Shown piece after piece: positions 63,601 to 64,000 of a stretch of DNA of 64,000 nucleotides. Below the pieces are notes generated by a model. That model saw only the letters and a program-made list of their open reading frames with translations, ran no database searches and was not told where the DNA came from. A program made the position numbers and the translations under genes. How positions within the stretch are numbered: the stretch's first letter is position 1; each line of letters starts with the position of its first letter. This DNA comes from Raillietiella orientalis (Eukaryota): positions 124,001 through 188,000 of the forward strand of contig JAYWIR010000052.1 in NCBI GenBank assembly GCA_036172245.1. Direction: 5' to 3'.

Positions 63601-64000
63601 CTGATTTCTTGTTTATTGTAATCCTTCGTATTTGGCTTAGTTTACTATCTGAAGGATTCTTTTAAAGTAATTTAAAAAAACAAAAAATGAACCAAAGATC
63701 CGTTGTTCAGTGTCAAGGTATTTTCTTCTTAATCATTTGTTTTTGTTGAGCGCACTCTTTCACATCTACCATGTTTTCTTACTTGCACATTCAAGTTAAG
63801 ATGTTTATTCTTTAGAAAGACCAGCTGTATGCATTGTACAGGCAGTATTGTCAGAATAAGTCACGTTCAGAGGAACTGCAATGTTCATTGGGAAGTAATG
63901 CATCCATTCTGTTAGAATGCCAACAACAGCTTGGCCATCTTTTACCTCTTAGTGCATATCTTTTGAAACCAGTGCAGCGCATCACAAAGTATCAGTTGCT
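60657..64000 (+). CDS. MCF2L: MCF2L/DBS (Dbl family) RhoGEF: Sec14/CRAL-TRIO, spectrin-like, DH domains; continues beyond window
   Basis: GGLTQDGCPILTFPD, GFVLIIDRRKSKW, FFPAP..LLPSG, VDRSQLTYDLGG, KRPVQSV, HIIRELMQTEHIYVEEL, ILFGNWEQLYRFH, YCQNKSRSE, LPLSAYLLKPVQRITKYQL. Start codon uncertain. Confidence 0.85.

Overview
This is eukaryotic (animal) genomic DNA, not prokaryotic. It is gene-dense, mostly AT-rich, and most introns are tiny (about 42-66 bp). The protein sequences look arthropod-like, but that assignment is inference. Nine spliced protein-coding genes are recognisable by manual exon joining: taiman/NCOA bHLH-PAS coactivator (+), UMPS (-), NUP42/NUPL2 (+), an SLC17 sialin-like transporter (-, last exon not found), glycosylase-only MBD4 (+), BAP1/calypso (-), TDP2 (-), RPL19 (-), and an MCF2L/DBS-type RhoGEF (+, runs off the window end). 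Mobile DNA comprises an apparently full-length tRNA-headed SINE with poly(A) tail and target-site duplication, a 5'-truncated relative of it, a decayed hAT (Buster/Charlie-like) fragment, and an L1/Tx1-like LINE 3' remnant. The least explained items are a two-TM 92-aa small ORF upstream of taiman, a CpG-rich block at about 9.7-14.9 kb that seems to hold an orphan spliced gene, and a hairpin cluster in RPL19 intron 1. I found no CRISPR, rRNA or true tRNA, and no clear-cut novel multi-gene system. The best candidates for novelty are listed in the findings. Exon boundaries were read by eye and need RNA-seq confirmation.
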